Notes: a model not told the origin generated them from the sequence alone. Counted from the stretch's first letter, positions 27,270-41,566 are shown. The stretch: DNA of 64,000 bases from Octopus vulgaris (GCA_951406725.2 OX597825.1:12090001-12154000); one strand, 5' to 3'. Numbers and translations are program-made.

Positions 27270-28294
27270 TCGGCGAGCTGGCAGAAACGTTAGCACACCG
27301 GGCGAAATGCTTAGCGGTATTTCATCTGCCGCTAGGTTCTGAGTTCAAATTCCGCCGAGGTCGAATTTGCCTTTCATCCTTTCGGGGTCGATAAATTAAG
27401 TTCTAATTGCGTACTGGAGTCGATATAACCGACGTAATCCCTTTGTCTGTCCTTGTTTGTCCTCTTTGTGTTTATTCCCTTGTGGGTAATAAAGAAATAG
27501 GTATTTCGTCTGCCGTTACGTTCTGAGTTCAAATTCCGCCGAGGTTGACTTTGCCTTTTATCCTTTCGGGGTCGATAAATTAAGTACCAGTTACGCACTG
27601 GGGTCGATGTAATCGATTTAATCCCTTTGTCTGTCCTTGTTTGTCCTCTCTCTGTTTAGCCCCTTGTGGGTAGTAAAGAAATATGTATTTCGTCTGCTGC
27701 TACGTTCTGAGTTCAAATTCCGCCGAGGTCAACTGTGCCTTTCATCCTTTCAGGGTAGATTAAATATGTACCAGTTACGCACTGGGGTCGATGTAATCGA
27801 CTTAATCCGTTTCTCTGACCTTGTTTGTCCCCTCTGTGTTTAGCCCCTTGCGGGTAGTAAATTAAGTTCTGTCCTTGTTTGTCCTCTCTCTGTTTAGCCC
27901 CTTGTGGGTAGTAAAGAAATAGGTATTTCGTCTGCTGCTACGTTCTGAGTTCAAATTCCGCCGAGGTCAACTGTGCCTTTCATCCTTTCGGGGTAGATTA
28001 AATATGTACCAGTTACGCACTGGGGTCGATGTAATCGACTTAATCCGTTTCTCTGACCTTGTTTGTCCCCTCTGTGTTTAGCCCCTTGCGGGTAGTAAAG
28101 AAATAGGTATTTCGTCTGCCGCTACGTTCTGAGTTCAAATTTCGCTGAGGTCGACTTTGCCTTTCATCCTTTCGGGGTCGATAAATTAAGTTCCAGTTAC
28201 GCACTAGGGTCGATGTAATCGACTTAATCCGTTTGTCTGTCCTTGTTTGTCCTGTCTGTGTTTAGCCCCTTGTGGGTAGTAAAGAAATAGGTAT
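27270..28294 (+). mobile_element. SINE family A array, one head plus about 5.3 body units
   Basis: Body restarts near 27316, 27500, 27684, 27921 and 28106; internal ~238-bp near-perfect duplication. Confidence 0.92.
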
Positions 28295-29440
28295 TATTCT
28301 CGTCACTCTATATCCGAAGTCCAAAGTCCCACATATTGAATTTGGCGTAAGCACACACATCTTTAATATCATAAGATATATTTGTTTCTTATGCATTGAT
28401 TATGCACTTGACATAAAGTAGGAAATATTGCGAAAAACTGAAGTTCCCCAATCCGTCGTTAAAGTGTAGATATAAGGTAAAGAGGTTTGTAGTCAAGATA
28501 TTATTCTCCTTTTTTTCATATTCTTGTCTCTCTTGTATTTCCTTAAGGTGTGCCTTGCGGTAGATTTGCCTGTCATTTACAGCAGTGTAAGCGATCACTC
28601 AGATATTCCCTCGTTGCTTCATAATTAATTAGTTGAGATAACTGATGTGTGATGCAACTCACACATATTTCAGTTTTCACCGGCAGCAAACACTTCAGCT
28701 ACAAGTATGGAAACTAGCGACTTTATCAGGATTTTGTTTCCAGGCAATACAATGTTTTAAATGACAAAGCTGTGCTAATAACATTGGTTTAATATAATAA
28801 ATGTTAGCATTTCGTCTGTAATTAATCTGCAGAAGAATTGTATTTTGTGGAGGCGAGATTTGACCAACTAAAATCGCTAATGAATTTTTATATCAATATA
28901 TGGCTCTAGACATCATACTTTATGTGATACGGAGCTCATTAAATTTTCGAGGAGAAAATGAAAATCATCTTGAATTAAATTTCTTTAAAATTTTTTATTG
29001 TGCTGGTTATCTCGATCAACATAAGGCACAAAAAACAGAGATCTCAATAAATAATGTGTTTTATTTTTAAATAGATAGGTGGTGGATTTTATTAACATCG
29101 TTGTAAATTATTCCCATAACTAAAATCATAATTTTAGTTATGGAAATAATAATAATTATTATTATCGACAGAAGCAGTATTAATATGAACAGGGAGTCTT
29201 TATGTCTCCCTTAACGTGGTTTTTTTTCTTATGACACCAAATACTGAGGCATTGGCTTCGAAAGATCCTCTTATATAGACGCATGAGGCATAAAAATACC
29301 TATCTACACCCACACGTATGTGGGCGGAACTGCCAGGTCACGTGATTTCACCGTTCTGAGTCTCTTCATCTCTTAGGTGATCGCTGTCCACTCGCCACAT
29401 ACCAGCCAAATGTCACTGCCAACGATATATTTAGAATTAC

Positions 29441-30042
29441 CAAGGCGGCGAGCTGACAGAATCGTTAACACGCCGGTCAAAATGCTTAGCGGTATTTCCA
29501 CTGCAGCTACGTTCTGAGTTCAAATTCCGCAGAGGTCGACTTTGCTTTTCATCCTTTCGTGGTCGATTAAATAAGTACCAGTTACGCACTGGAGTCGATA
29601 TAATCGACTTAATTCGTTTGTTTCTCCTTGTTTGTCCTCTCTGTGTTTAGCCCCTTGTGGATAGTAAAGAAATAGGTATTTCCACTGCCGCTACGTTCTG
29701 AGTTCAAATTCCGCAGAGGTCGACCTTGCCTTTCATCCTTTCGTGGTCGATTAAATAAGTACCAGTTACGCACTGAGATCGATATAATCGACTTAAACCG
29801 TTTGTCTGTCCTTGTTTGTACTCTCTGTGTTTAGCCCCTTGTGGGTAGTAAAGAAATAGGTATTTCGTCTGCCTTTACGTTCTGAGTTCAAATTCCGCAG
29901 AGGTTGACTTTGCCTTTCATCCTTTTGGGGTCGATTAAATAAGTACCAGTTACGTACTGGGGTCTTTGCAATCGATTTAATCCGTTTGGCTGTCCTTGTT
30001 TGTACTCTCTGTGTGTAGCCTCTTGTGGGTAGTAAAGAAATA
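29441..30042 (+). mobile_element. SINE family A trimer within one 17-bp TSD
   Basis: TSD GATATATTTAGAATTAC at 29424-29440 and 30043-30059; bodies start near 29491, 29676 and 29859. Confidence 0.93.
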
Positions 30043-30292
30043 GATATATTTAGAATTACACTCACTTTTCAGGCCTGACGTTGCACAAAGCCTGTGTTGT
30101 CGAAATATTATCACTTCGTTCGCATTTTTGATACAACAAATATTAATATAGAGTTCATTGCTTTCTAGAATGTTGTTTGCAGGGAAGAATTATAACTTCT
30201 AACGTAACGTTTATATTATCATATGTTGTATTCGCATACAGATGTTATAAACTGACTTGGTCTGGGCATATTACTGATATTTTCTCGATTTG

Positions 30293-30527
30293 AAAGGCGG
30301 CGAGCTGGCAGAAACGTTAGCACGCCGGGCGAAATGCGTAGCCATATTTCGTCTGCTGTTACGTTCTGAGTTCAAATTTCGCCGAGGTCGACTTTGCTTT
30401 TCATCATTTCGAGGTCGATAAATTAAGTACCAGTTACGCACTAGGGTCGATGTAATCGACTTAATCCGTTTGTCTGTCCTTGTTTGTCCCCTCTATGTTT
30501 AGACCCTTGTGGGTAGTAAAGAAATAT
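30293..30527 (+). mobile_element. SINE family A monomer, 16-bp TSD
   Basis: TSD ATATTTTCTCGATTTG at 30277-30292 and 30528-30543. Confidence 0.93.
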
Positions 30528-32075
30528 ATATTTTCTCGATTTGGAGTTGTTATTTGTACGTAGTGTAGAAACAGTTAGTTTACAAAAACGGGAGTATATG
30601 AAAAAGGAATGTTTAGTCTGATGCCCTATTGTTTTTCGTAATTCGTTGTCTTGATTTTCTCAATTATCAATTACTATATACTTTTCCGATATTATGAATT
30701 TTGGGGGCAAATCTCTGTTAAATTTATTTGTTTTCTTATTTATTGAAAATACTGTGAAATGTTCTGAAAGTAACGCTGACAGAGAAACATATAACGCCGA
30801 TACTTTAACAAAAATAAATAGCAGAAATATTCCAAACACGGACGAATATATTATTATGAACGTGTACGGAAATAAAATAACACACTTAGGAAAAAATTAG
30901 TGACATTAAACATGCATAATAAAATCAAATACAACTGAAAATATTATAAGCAAACAAACCAACCTGTCCACAATCACATTCAATGGGATTGCATAATACG
31001 GTGAATAAAATTATCAATCCCGTAAACACACATGAATATAAATATCCAATGGTAACCAATTAATTCTCTATCTTCATTCTTCTTTCGACATCAACTTTTT
31101 TTTTTAAATGCACATTTTTTTCTATTACTTTATCAAATCTTCATACATTCACATATTCAGATGTTTTTTTTTTCCTTTCCTTGTAAAGAAAATTTATAGA
31201 AAAGAGAAAGAAAGATAAAAACTGAAGCTAAGTGAAGGAGTGATAGTTTGTGAGAGAAATGTTAACTGAACAAAAGAGATATTGATTAGAAACTCAGAGT
31301 TCATTGAACATTTTATGTGCAAAACAAATACAGCTATATTTATAGAAACACAACAGTTGAGAAAATTATAAATTTATCCACGTAAAAATATATTTAGAGA
31401 TTTACTGAGGCAAAATTAATTAATTAACCTTAAAAAAATTATACAAAAACTACACTAATGAGAGTAAAATTATATACAATCAAATTTAGATACAAGAAAA
31501 TTGAATATGACAAGAAACTGCAACAATAAAATCAAATTAATAAAATTTCAATGAAGAAGGAGAAAAAAAAAACGAAACGAAACAATAAAATACTGAAATG
31601 TGGAAAAACATTTTGAAAGAGATCTAACAATGATGTTAATTATTTATGTGTATTTAATTATGATTGGTTGATGCTACGTTTGAATGCGCATTGGTTGTGT
31701 TATTTTGGTTATTAAGAAATAAATCATTAAGTATACAGAAAACATAACAATGGTAAAATAACTAAAGATGCAAGAATTATAAAAGCTGCAGTTCTGAAGA
31801 TGTCATTAGTATTATTGTTATCAGTAATTTAATGAAGAAACAGGCTTTGCTTTAGAACTAAAAAGAAAATGTGATGGTTCGTTGTGTGCCGTAGCACTGT
31901 GAGATTAAATCCCAGTCAGATCTGACGGCGAGTTAGTCTCACTTGATATGCTGGGATGTATCATTAAAGGAACTCCATTTCTGTCGTTTGTATTCGTGGC
32001 CGTATCTTTACTTTCATTAATCAAGGTTCCTCACCGTAGATAAAAGTAGACACGAATACCAAATTTCAAATGGAT

Positions 32076-32457
32076 GGAAGCACTCCGTCGGTTACGACGA
32101 CTAGGGTTCCGGTTGATCCGAATCAACGGAACAGCCTGCTCGTGGAATTAACGTGTAAGTGGCTGAGCACTCCACAGACACGTGCACCCTTAACGTAGTT
32201 TTCGGGGATATTCAGCGTGACACAGAGAGTGACAAGGCCGGCCCTTTGAAATACAGGTACAACAGAAACAGGAAGTAAGAGTGAGAGAAAGTTGTGGTGA
32301 AAGAGTACAGCAGGGATCACCACCATCCCCTGCCGGAGCCTCGTGGAACTTTAGGTGTTTTCGCTCAATAAACACTCACAACGCCCGGTCTGGGAATCGA
32401 TACCGCGATCCTATGACTGCGAGTCCGCTGCCCTAACCACTGGGCCATTGCGCCTCC
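32076..32457 (-). mobile_element. tRNA(Arg)-like SINE family D, tail type X, full length
   Basis: Minus head GGAGGCGCAATGGCCCAGTGGTTAGGGCAGCGGACTCGC...CGATTCCC; tail shared with 10894-11220 and 38147-38451. Confidence 0.92.
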
Positions 32458-32739
32458 ACAACCGAATTTCAAATAACGCTTGGCTTATACGAGTGGTGAA
32501 ATGTTCAGTTGAATTAAGAACAAGGATTCCAGGAGTTGATGTGGGAATGCGCCAACCTCAGCATTCGTTCACCAGAAGAAAGGAGGTACGTGCAAAAGCC
32601 AAAGCCTGTATCTTCAGTCCGTTTTAAAGTATAGAAATTTTTAAAAAGAAGCAAATTGGTGAACGGAAACAACAGCCGCGACAATTATAGTTACTAAGTC
32701 AAAAATAGAAACAAAGAGATCAGCAAAATCCTGCTGAAC

Positions 32740-33061
<322 letters not shown>

Positions 33062-34952
33062 AGCCATCGCTGCGGTATTTACCAAGAACAACAATAGAAA
33101 TAAAACGTTATGAAACGCAGCGTATTGCGACAATAAATGCAGTCCGTCACGGCCAGCACCACTGTTTCCCTCATTGCCATAGAAATAAGCAATGGCAGCA
33201 ATTACAAGGAAACAAGAACGAGAGAAATAACAAAGGAAGCGAAGTAGTTTGTAACAACAAAGACAACGGCCACATCGCCACCATTACAAATATACAACTA
33301 CTAAAAATCTAAAACTACCACCACCGGCACCATTACTTCTAATACAATCACACAAAGCCTCATCGCAAAGGTGTGACATCCGAGATGATGTTTGATATCC
33401 GGTTTGTTTTAACTTTCAGGGTTCAATATGAACAGGTGTCAGTGCTGACGTGACTTTTGGCTATGTATTTTCGGTAGATATGCACAAAATTGTCATGAAT
33501 CTGCAAAACCTTAGTTTATTCGGAGTTCTTCCTTTTACAGGTATTTAGAAAGAAAGGCTTTATGACTGTAGCCCACATCCTACACATGTGCGAGTAAAGG
33601 GGATTTGAAGGTCAAATGTCCTGAGGACCTGGAGAAGCTGAGAAGGTAAGAACAGTAACATTATCAAATGACGATTGAGCTCATGTATGAAGATTTGATA
33701 AAGTAATGCAAAAAATGCTCAGACCACAGCTGTCGTAAAATCGTTAACGTTGGTAGAGCATGCTTATTTCTAGCTTCCAAAAGCTGATTATGAAACAGAA
33801 TTACGTCGTTCTTCTGCTATAAACTACTGGACAACCACATCTCTTGACAAAGGTGAAGAAATAGAAAAGCAACAGGAGTGTAAGACTATTGTCGTCAGTG
33901 GGGAAATCACGAAAAAGAAAGAGAGAGAAAAAAACAAATCAAATAATAACTGAAAGATAACGTGTAGAAAAATATATAGTTTTCTATAGCGAAAAAACAC
34001 GCTATAAACCATGCGGAACACATCGTAATTTTATCCTATGTTCAAACATGACAAAAATTAGGTTTTAAAACCCCCTAAAGATCACACGCAATATGAGCGT
34101 TTTGTGAGTGAAAGGAACAGCTGGACACAGCTGTTAAACATATATAGTGTTACTTATCTATAAAAATCATTTAGAATTATCTTCACCAATCTCAGAGATA
34201 CTCATTTGAACCAGGAAAAACTGAGGAATTACATAAACGGATTGATGATAAAGGAAGAGTGTGGTGATGTTTATTTTGGTGATGTGATACATTCCACAGA
34301 AATTTATAAAGGCTTTTGTTATATAAATATTGTTTGGCAGATGTACTGGTCAATACATGCTGAAATTCTTTCATCGTTTATGAAGGTCATAAAGCACTCA
34401 ATATGTTTAAAACTGCGGATGGGTTGGGGATACAGAAGAACTGGTATTTCATTTGCTTCTAGAGTAATCTATGAATTTACGAAACCAACAAATATAAAAG
34501 TCATTGCGGCTCAAATGCTGTTTCGTAAGAGCCAAGATTGGTGAAAATGCAAAAACAATCTAACACGGAAGCTACTTAGGTTTTCCTAACCTCGGTGATG
34601 GTTCTCATTTGCTAGCATTCATAAGGAGGGTTGGGTCCTCAGTATAGTTCAGCTACCTGAGAAGGAAATTATACAGGTGAGTTACGTTACAACCACAAAC
34701 GCAAACACTACTAACAAGTTTTATGTGAATGAATAGGATGTGCTGGCAAAGAACGAGAAAAAGAAATTATTATTGTAACTATTGATGTTGTCACTAATGT
34801 TGTTATTATTATTACGATTATCATTATTCTTTTCATTCTTAATATTTTTATATCATTTTCAGTATTATCAACAAGTGATAGAATGTTATATAACATCTCA
34901 ATTGTATGTATGTATGCTTGCATGTATGTATGTGTGTATGTATGTATATGTA

Positions 34953-35135
<183 letters not shown>

Positions 35136-35648
35136 CCTATTGCAATTTATATATGTATTTCTCATTTCTACACATCAATGCAGCTAACGGTAGAAGATTT
35201 CCTTATCACGGTCAGAATAATTTGGCTTTTGGGAACTATAGCCAACATAGTAGCAATAATTTCCGCATTAGCAGTAACACCGAGAAAATTGCTCACATGT
35301 AAAATAGTGGTATTAACAACAAAATCAATAATAGTTATTTCGATATCAGTGATACATGCATACAAACGTGTTATTGATGATCCCACGAAAATATAAAGTA
35401 TTGGGGCAGTTATGAAAAAGGCGATAAAAATCATATTTTCACTTGCCGAACGAACGAACATGCGCACAAACGTATATTTATTATATATCTGCTACGTTGT
35501 ATGGAATTTAGAATGAAGGAGGCGAATATTGTTATAAATATGAGAGGGGAATGATGCATACCGTTCATAGGTACGGAAGCACTTGTGCAGCTGAAATTGC
35601 ACAAACACTTATATAACTACACAGGTGTAGACCACACGATTTATCAAC

Positions 35649-35696
<48 letters not shown>

Positions 35697-35714
35697 ATAT
35701 ATATATATGTATAA

Positions 35715-35864
<150 letters not shown>

Positions 35865-37410
35865 CATAATGTTCGTATCCTTGAAACGTTGGATTGTAAT
35901 AATGACCGCTTCAGCATACAGTATTCTTAATAAAACCAGTAAAGACACAACTACATCTGATCGCCTACTACGCACTCTCGTATTTCACGTACTTCTCTTT
36001 ACTTGTAGTGACTAGGTTATTCCATTCGTCATGTGCGAGTATGTACCATTATTACTATTTCCCTACAACATCTCCTGTTTTAAGTTTTTCTGAGAAAGTG
36101 TCATTTTATTTAGCAAAAATTACGCAGATACTTTAAATACTGCACAGATTAGAATATGGGTAACCACTCCGAATATGGGTAAAAATTTGCATAATATAAC
36201 ACATCTAATCTTATTAGACATTACTAAACAGTAAACCTTTAACATACCAATCCCAACAACCGGTCCGATCACTATAACTACCCCATATAGTTTTTATACC
36301 GGGATTAAGAATACCAAATTTAGTTTCGACTAAATGGATGACACCCACAGCGGCAGGCCTTTATTCACACATGTATTCCTTTGGTATTAATGAAAAAAAT
36401 TAACTAACTTCACTGGTTTCTCAATGTATTCGTTGCAGAAAATTGCGACATTATGGGTAATGGAGAAAGTACAGCATTTAACGTTAAATGCTGTGAGTGG
36501 AATAACACCGACTGTAATATTTATACCATGGAAAAGTGTTCCATAGATTGTGTACCAAAATCTCATTACTTAACTATCATCCGGAAAACCTTTCAAACAA
36601 CATGCTCCGAATAGTTTACTTGTATTAATTTTCTAAGTCAATCGTTTCCCGCCTCTGTTACCAATCGCCTATATCTCCACATGAATGCTTGTATCATTTT
36701 GTGCTTTAATGCATTATCTTTTGCATCCATAAATTCATAAAATATTTCACGTTCTCAATTCATCTCATAACTAATAGATTTTCAACTTCACTGTTATCAA
36801 TACTTACAAATGCATCCAGTGTAAATCAAGCATTTAAGTGTATGCCTTTCCATTAGCACTGTTGTGTTTTGCATTAACACTGATTCATTTTAACTATCCT
36901 TATTAAAAATTCATCTCTGCTTCATTCAAATACGAGATTCTGGACTGCATCAGCTAGAATACACTTCCAGTCAAAATATGTTTTCTTTGAGTAGTTTTCT
37001 TATTTGAGTATTGCATTCTAGTATAGCCAGTTATCACCCACATGTATATCATCACACACACATATAAATACAGAAATACATTTTTGCATATTTAGATATG
37101 TTAATGGAAGTAAAAGCAGTTGGGCGTGATATAAATATATTTACAAGAAGCTCAGGAAATACAGTATAAAAGTGCAGACGAAGAGAAGATAATACGTAAT
37201 ACGATTCTGGTTTCTGCGATCTGAGACGACTCAGGCCTTAGTTTTCATGCTTTCGTTTCTTTTTCCTTGCTCCATTTTTTAAAATCAACCTTCTTCGCCT
37301 TTTCTTTTCCGACGTTCTTTTTTTTATTTCCTCATTGTTCAGCGTAACTGTGATTGCTTGGAGTTACATCACGCATATTATAAATATGCCCATTTAAAAA
37401 AACAAAAGCA

Positions 37411-37566
37411 AGAGTGGCTGTGTGGTAAGTAGATTGCTTACCAGCCACATGGTTCTGGGTTCAGAACCATGAGCAGCACCTTGAGCAAGTGTCTTCTACT
37501 ATAGCCTCAAGCCAACCAAAGCCTTGTGAGTGGACTTGGTAAACGGAAACTGAAAGAAGCCCGTCG

Positions 37567-37651
<85 letters not shown>

Positions 37652-37852
37652 TTGTGTGTCTGTGTTTTCCCCAACATCGTTTGACAACCGATGCTAGTGT
37701 GTTTACGTCCCCGTAACTTAGCAGTTCGGCAAAGGAGACCGATAGAATAAGTACTAGGCTTATAAAGAATAAGTCCTGGGGTCGATTTGCTCGACTAAAG
37801 GCGATGCTCCAGGATGGCCACAGTCAAATAGCCGAAACAAGTAAAAGAGTAA
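37411..37852 (+). mobile_element. SINE family B, full length
   Basis: Head, internal (TA)n(TG)n and tail. Confidence 0.92.
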
Positions 37853-38146
37853 AAAAAAGAGAGAGCATGCTACATGCATACTTACATACACACACGCGCG
37901 AATGTGTTTGTACTGTACATCCCGCCTTTTTTTAGCCATTGAATGTACTGGTGTTATATTGATCTTCGTTTGGAAATGGTTTTAAAGTTGTTTTTGAAAA
38001 CTCCACGTAAATTTGTTAATCAGGGTAACTCATAATTTCTTTAAAACAGTATTCGCGCATACTTTGCTTTACAGAGATACGTTTTTACTTTTCTACAAAA
38101 ATACACTCACTTACAAACACAGAGGCACATGCATATACACACTTAT

Positions 38147-38451
38147 GTGAAGCCGCGTGGCTTAGTGGTTAGGGCATTTATCTCGGGATCGTAAGGTCAT
38201 GAGTCCAATTCCCAGCGACGTGTTATGTCCTTCAGCAAGACACTGTATTTCATGTTGCTCCAGTTCACTGAGCTGTATTTCAAATTGCCAGCCTGGTTAC
38301 ACTCTGTGGTACGCTGAATCTCCCTGCGAACTACGTTATGGGTACACAGGTCTGTAGAGTGCTCAGCCACTTGGACATTAACTTCACGTGCAAGCTATTC
38401 CGTTGATCGGATCTGCTGGGACCCTCGTTGTCGTAACCGACGGAGTGCTCC
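38147..38451 (+). mobile_element. SINE family C, tail type X
   Basis: GCGTGGCTTAGTGGTTAGGG head; ends GTCGTAACCGACGGAGTGCTCC. Confidence 0.88.
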
Positions 38452-38556
38452 TCGATTGCATACGTATACACGGAAACAGGCACACACACACACACATGCA
38501 CAAACACTCGCAAAGGCACACATATATGTATACATAATTTATGGAAGCAAAAGATA

Positions 38557-38597
<41 letters not shown>

Positions 38598-39303
38598 TTA
38601 GGTTTCATCTTCTTGATTTGTGCATTTATATTCTATGTATAAGAAAAGGCATTATGTGGTTAAATGTTCGAGATGTGATATGTTACGTGGATCACCTTAT
38701 ATATGATATTTGTTTTGCAACCATAGTTTATTATATTTGTCTCATTTACTTGAGCACTTCTATAGCAGTCTTATTAAACATTTTGTTCCTGATAAGAAAC
38801 AACCACTATTATTATTGATACATATATACGTGTACACTTCCATACATGATAGAGTTTTCTTTTCCCATATTTACTCAGCCAGTTAAACTTCATAAAGATT
38901 TCCTTCTGCCGTCAGTTATACTTGGTCGTCACCTATTAGCCTAAGTACCGTATATTTGTTCTAGCCGATACTTTTTACTTTTAGAGTTGGCAAACAAGAA
39001 GACACAATCAAGTTTTGAAAGTAAAAAAAGTAAAAATCTAGTGAGACGTATGAGATAACTAAATTCAACTTTTTGTGAAAATTTCGCACGTCTATTTTTC
39101 AGTTCCGTACTTGGAATTTCATTATAGTTACAAATTATTCAGTTTTCTTTGATTTGTGTATATCTGCTGGGTATAATTTAACAATGTTCCTCAGATGACA
39201 ATTCCCGTGCGAATACAAAAACATCATTAACTTATTAATCGCAGCTGCGGTGATGAAAGCATCGCATATGGGCTGAAGGTAAACAGAATACAGCAAAGGT
39301 AAA

Positions 39304-39353
<50 letters not shown>

Positions 39354-39574
39354 TATAATAAGAGTGTTGAATGATTACAACACCAGTCTGTTAGAAATAG
39401 TAACCCAAATAGTCCAGGAACTACTTAGATTAGTACTCCACTACATAAAGTTGTAGTCGAGGAAAATGGACATCAAGTATTTGAGTATGCTGGCCACTAA
39501 TAAATCATTAAATAATGACTTTATCCTAATTGCGTATACATATATACATTCACACATACATACAGACACACACA

Positions 39575-39935
39575 ATTCAGTGCCACTGCGAGGAACCTTG
39601 GGCAGGTGTCTTCTACAATACTCTGGAGCCGGCCAAAGCCTTGTGAGTAGATTTGGTAGACGGAAACTGAAAGAAACCCGTCATGAATATATATGCATAT
39701 ATCTATGTGTGTTTGTCTTTATGTCTGTGCTTGCCCCTCCCCCATCACCACCGTTTGAAAACCGGCTTTGCTGTGTTTACGTCCCCTTAACTTAGCGGTT
39801 CGTCAAAGGAACCGGTGGAATAAGTAATAGGCTTAAAAAAATATGTCCTAGCTCGAGTTGCTTCCACTAAAACCCTTCAAGGCATTGCCCCAGAACGGCC
39901 ACAGTCAAATGACTGAACAAGTAGAAAAATAAAAG
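39575..39935 (+). mobile_element. SINE family B, diverged and 5'-truncated
   Basis: CCTTGGGCAGGTGTCTTCTAC...GGAAACTGAAAGAA...CAAATGACTGAACAAG. Confidence 0.8.
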
Positions 39936-40068
39936 AATGTGTGTGTGTGTTTGTGTGTGCGTATGGTCAAATGTAGACAACAACAACAACAACAACAACA
40001 ACAATAATAATAATAATAACAATAATAATAATTATAATAATAATAATAATATATACATATATATATAC

Positions 40069-40102
<34 letters not shown>

Positions 40103-40211
40103 TTATATATATATATATATACATATATATACATATATATATATATACATATATACAGATATATACTTGCACATACACGTGCATACGTACATACACAAAC
40201 ACACACACATG

Positions 40212-40254
<43 letters not shown>

Positions 40255-41042
40255 AAGTTCGTTCTACCATATAAAATAGTTAATCATCTGGAATTATCAG
40301 GGTAATGGGGAAAAAGTCAATGTCTTTAATGAAAATTCTTTTCAAAAGATTATCGTTCAGTAAATTACACTAAATTACACAGATATATAGATTTAAATGT
40401 ATTCATGTTGTCATTATTTCCAATCTCCGTCTTTAAGAAGTTGAATTTGAGTGTATCTTTGAATAATTGCCTACGTCTACCTCTGTGTGTGTGTGTGTGT
40501 GTGTGTGTGGATGCAAGTGTGTCTTTGTGTGCGTCTGCGTTTGTGTTGTGCTTTTGTATTTCTGAAGTCTTGTTCTTGTACTAAATTTGCGAGAATCATT
40601 TTTATTTTATTTTTATATTTGTTTTGTTTATGTTTTATCGCAATCAATTTGTGAACAATAACGTCGTTCGTTACAGACATACGGCAGACCAATTACTAGT
40701 TCATTTCATTTCTGATGGTTAAATTAAGAGCAGAAGCAGTAACTTGGTACAAAACAATTACTGCAAAGGATTTTGTTTGAAAGAGAAGATTCTTTCTCTT
40801 TCCTTTTCTTGCCGATATGTACCGGCGATGGCTATATACGCCATTAACACACAATCCGAATGCCAAAACATGTGTTGAATAAATTCTTCCGTTTGGATGC
40901 GCAAGGGTGTACACACAGAACCACCTAAACTCATACACACACTCAGCCACATACACATAGCACAAACAAACAGTCACGCATACACAAATTCTTACCCACA
41001 TACGAACACAGAGACGCACATGTGTGAGTTGAAATATTGCTG

Positions 41043-41462
41043 TCTGGGAGATGTCTTATGGTAGTAGAATTGTATTTAACTGCTATTACTAAATTTCGGT
41101 ATGTGGTGAAGCAATTTTGCTAAACCCTAATTATAATTATGTTTATAATTATAATAATTTATTTATATATATATATATTCCATTATTAATAATATTCTTG
41201 GAGTCCCATGCTGATGAACGAAAATTGTTGGGTAAAGTATAATTCTATATTCTTTATACCGATCTAATTCCGAAACGCGCGTACATGGGTGACCAGATAT
41301 GGATTGATTTTCGTTATTTTTCCTCTCTGTCAGCGTGGATTGTTTTCAAGTATTTTGGTTTTTCTGGGAGTCCCCTTTTAAAGTAGAAGAAATAGCTAAG
41401 GTTTTTTGACTGCTATTTCTAAACTTCGGTATGCGGTAAAGCAAATCTTTGCTGAACCCTAA
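41043..41462 (+). mobile_element. hammerhead-bearing element with ~330-bp period terminal repeat (retrozyme or Penelope pLTR-like)
   Basis: Diverged direct repeat at 41079-41130 and 41409-41462 flanking a hammerhead. Confidence 0.6.
41205..41289 (+). ncRNA. type I hammerhead ribozyme with long stem II
   Basis: CCCATG/CATGGG stem I, CTGATGA, ~54-nt stem II region, GAAAC, palindromic GCGC, GTA. Confidence 0.75.
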
Positions 41463-41566
41463 TATATATATATATATATATGTAGGTCCCGGGTTGAGTC
41501 GGGGTTAACCACAGTAAATAAGGTACTCAATACATAGCAGAGTAAATTAATTTATTTTATAGAAGG

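Noticed and set aside
27270-28294. Regular ~185-bp repeats as CRISPR or tRNA gene cluster
   Set aside because: Whole units repeat; they are SINE bodies.
32380-32457. tRNA-Arg-like sequence as a tRNA gene (also 14714 and 52981)
   Set aside because: It continues into a SINE body and tail, and the cloverleaf acceptor stem is not intact.
33541-33645. 105-nt segment with good splice acceptor and donor
   Set aside because: Stops in all three frames; at most a non-coding or cryptic exon.
35150-35470. Hydrophobic ORFs on both strands as a membrane protein exon
   Set aside because: Composition fits decayed trinucleotide repeats; no motif or splice support. The same applies to 666-944.
36100-36850. 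Coding-looking unique region
   Set aside because: Multiple stops in the frames translated and no recognisable motif.
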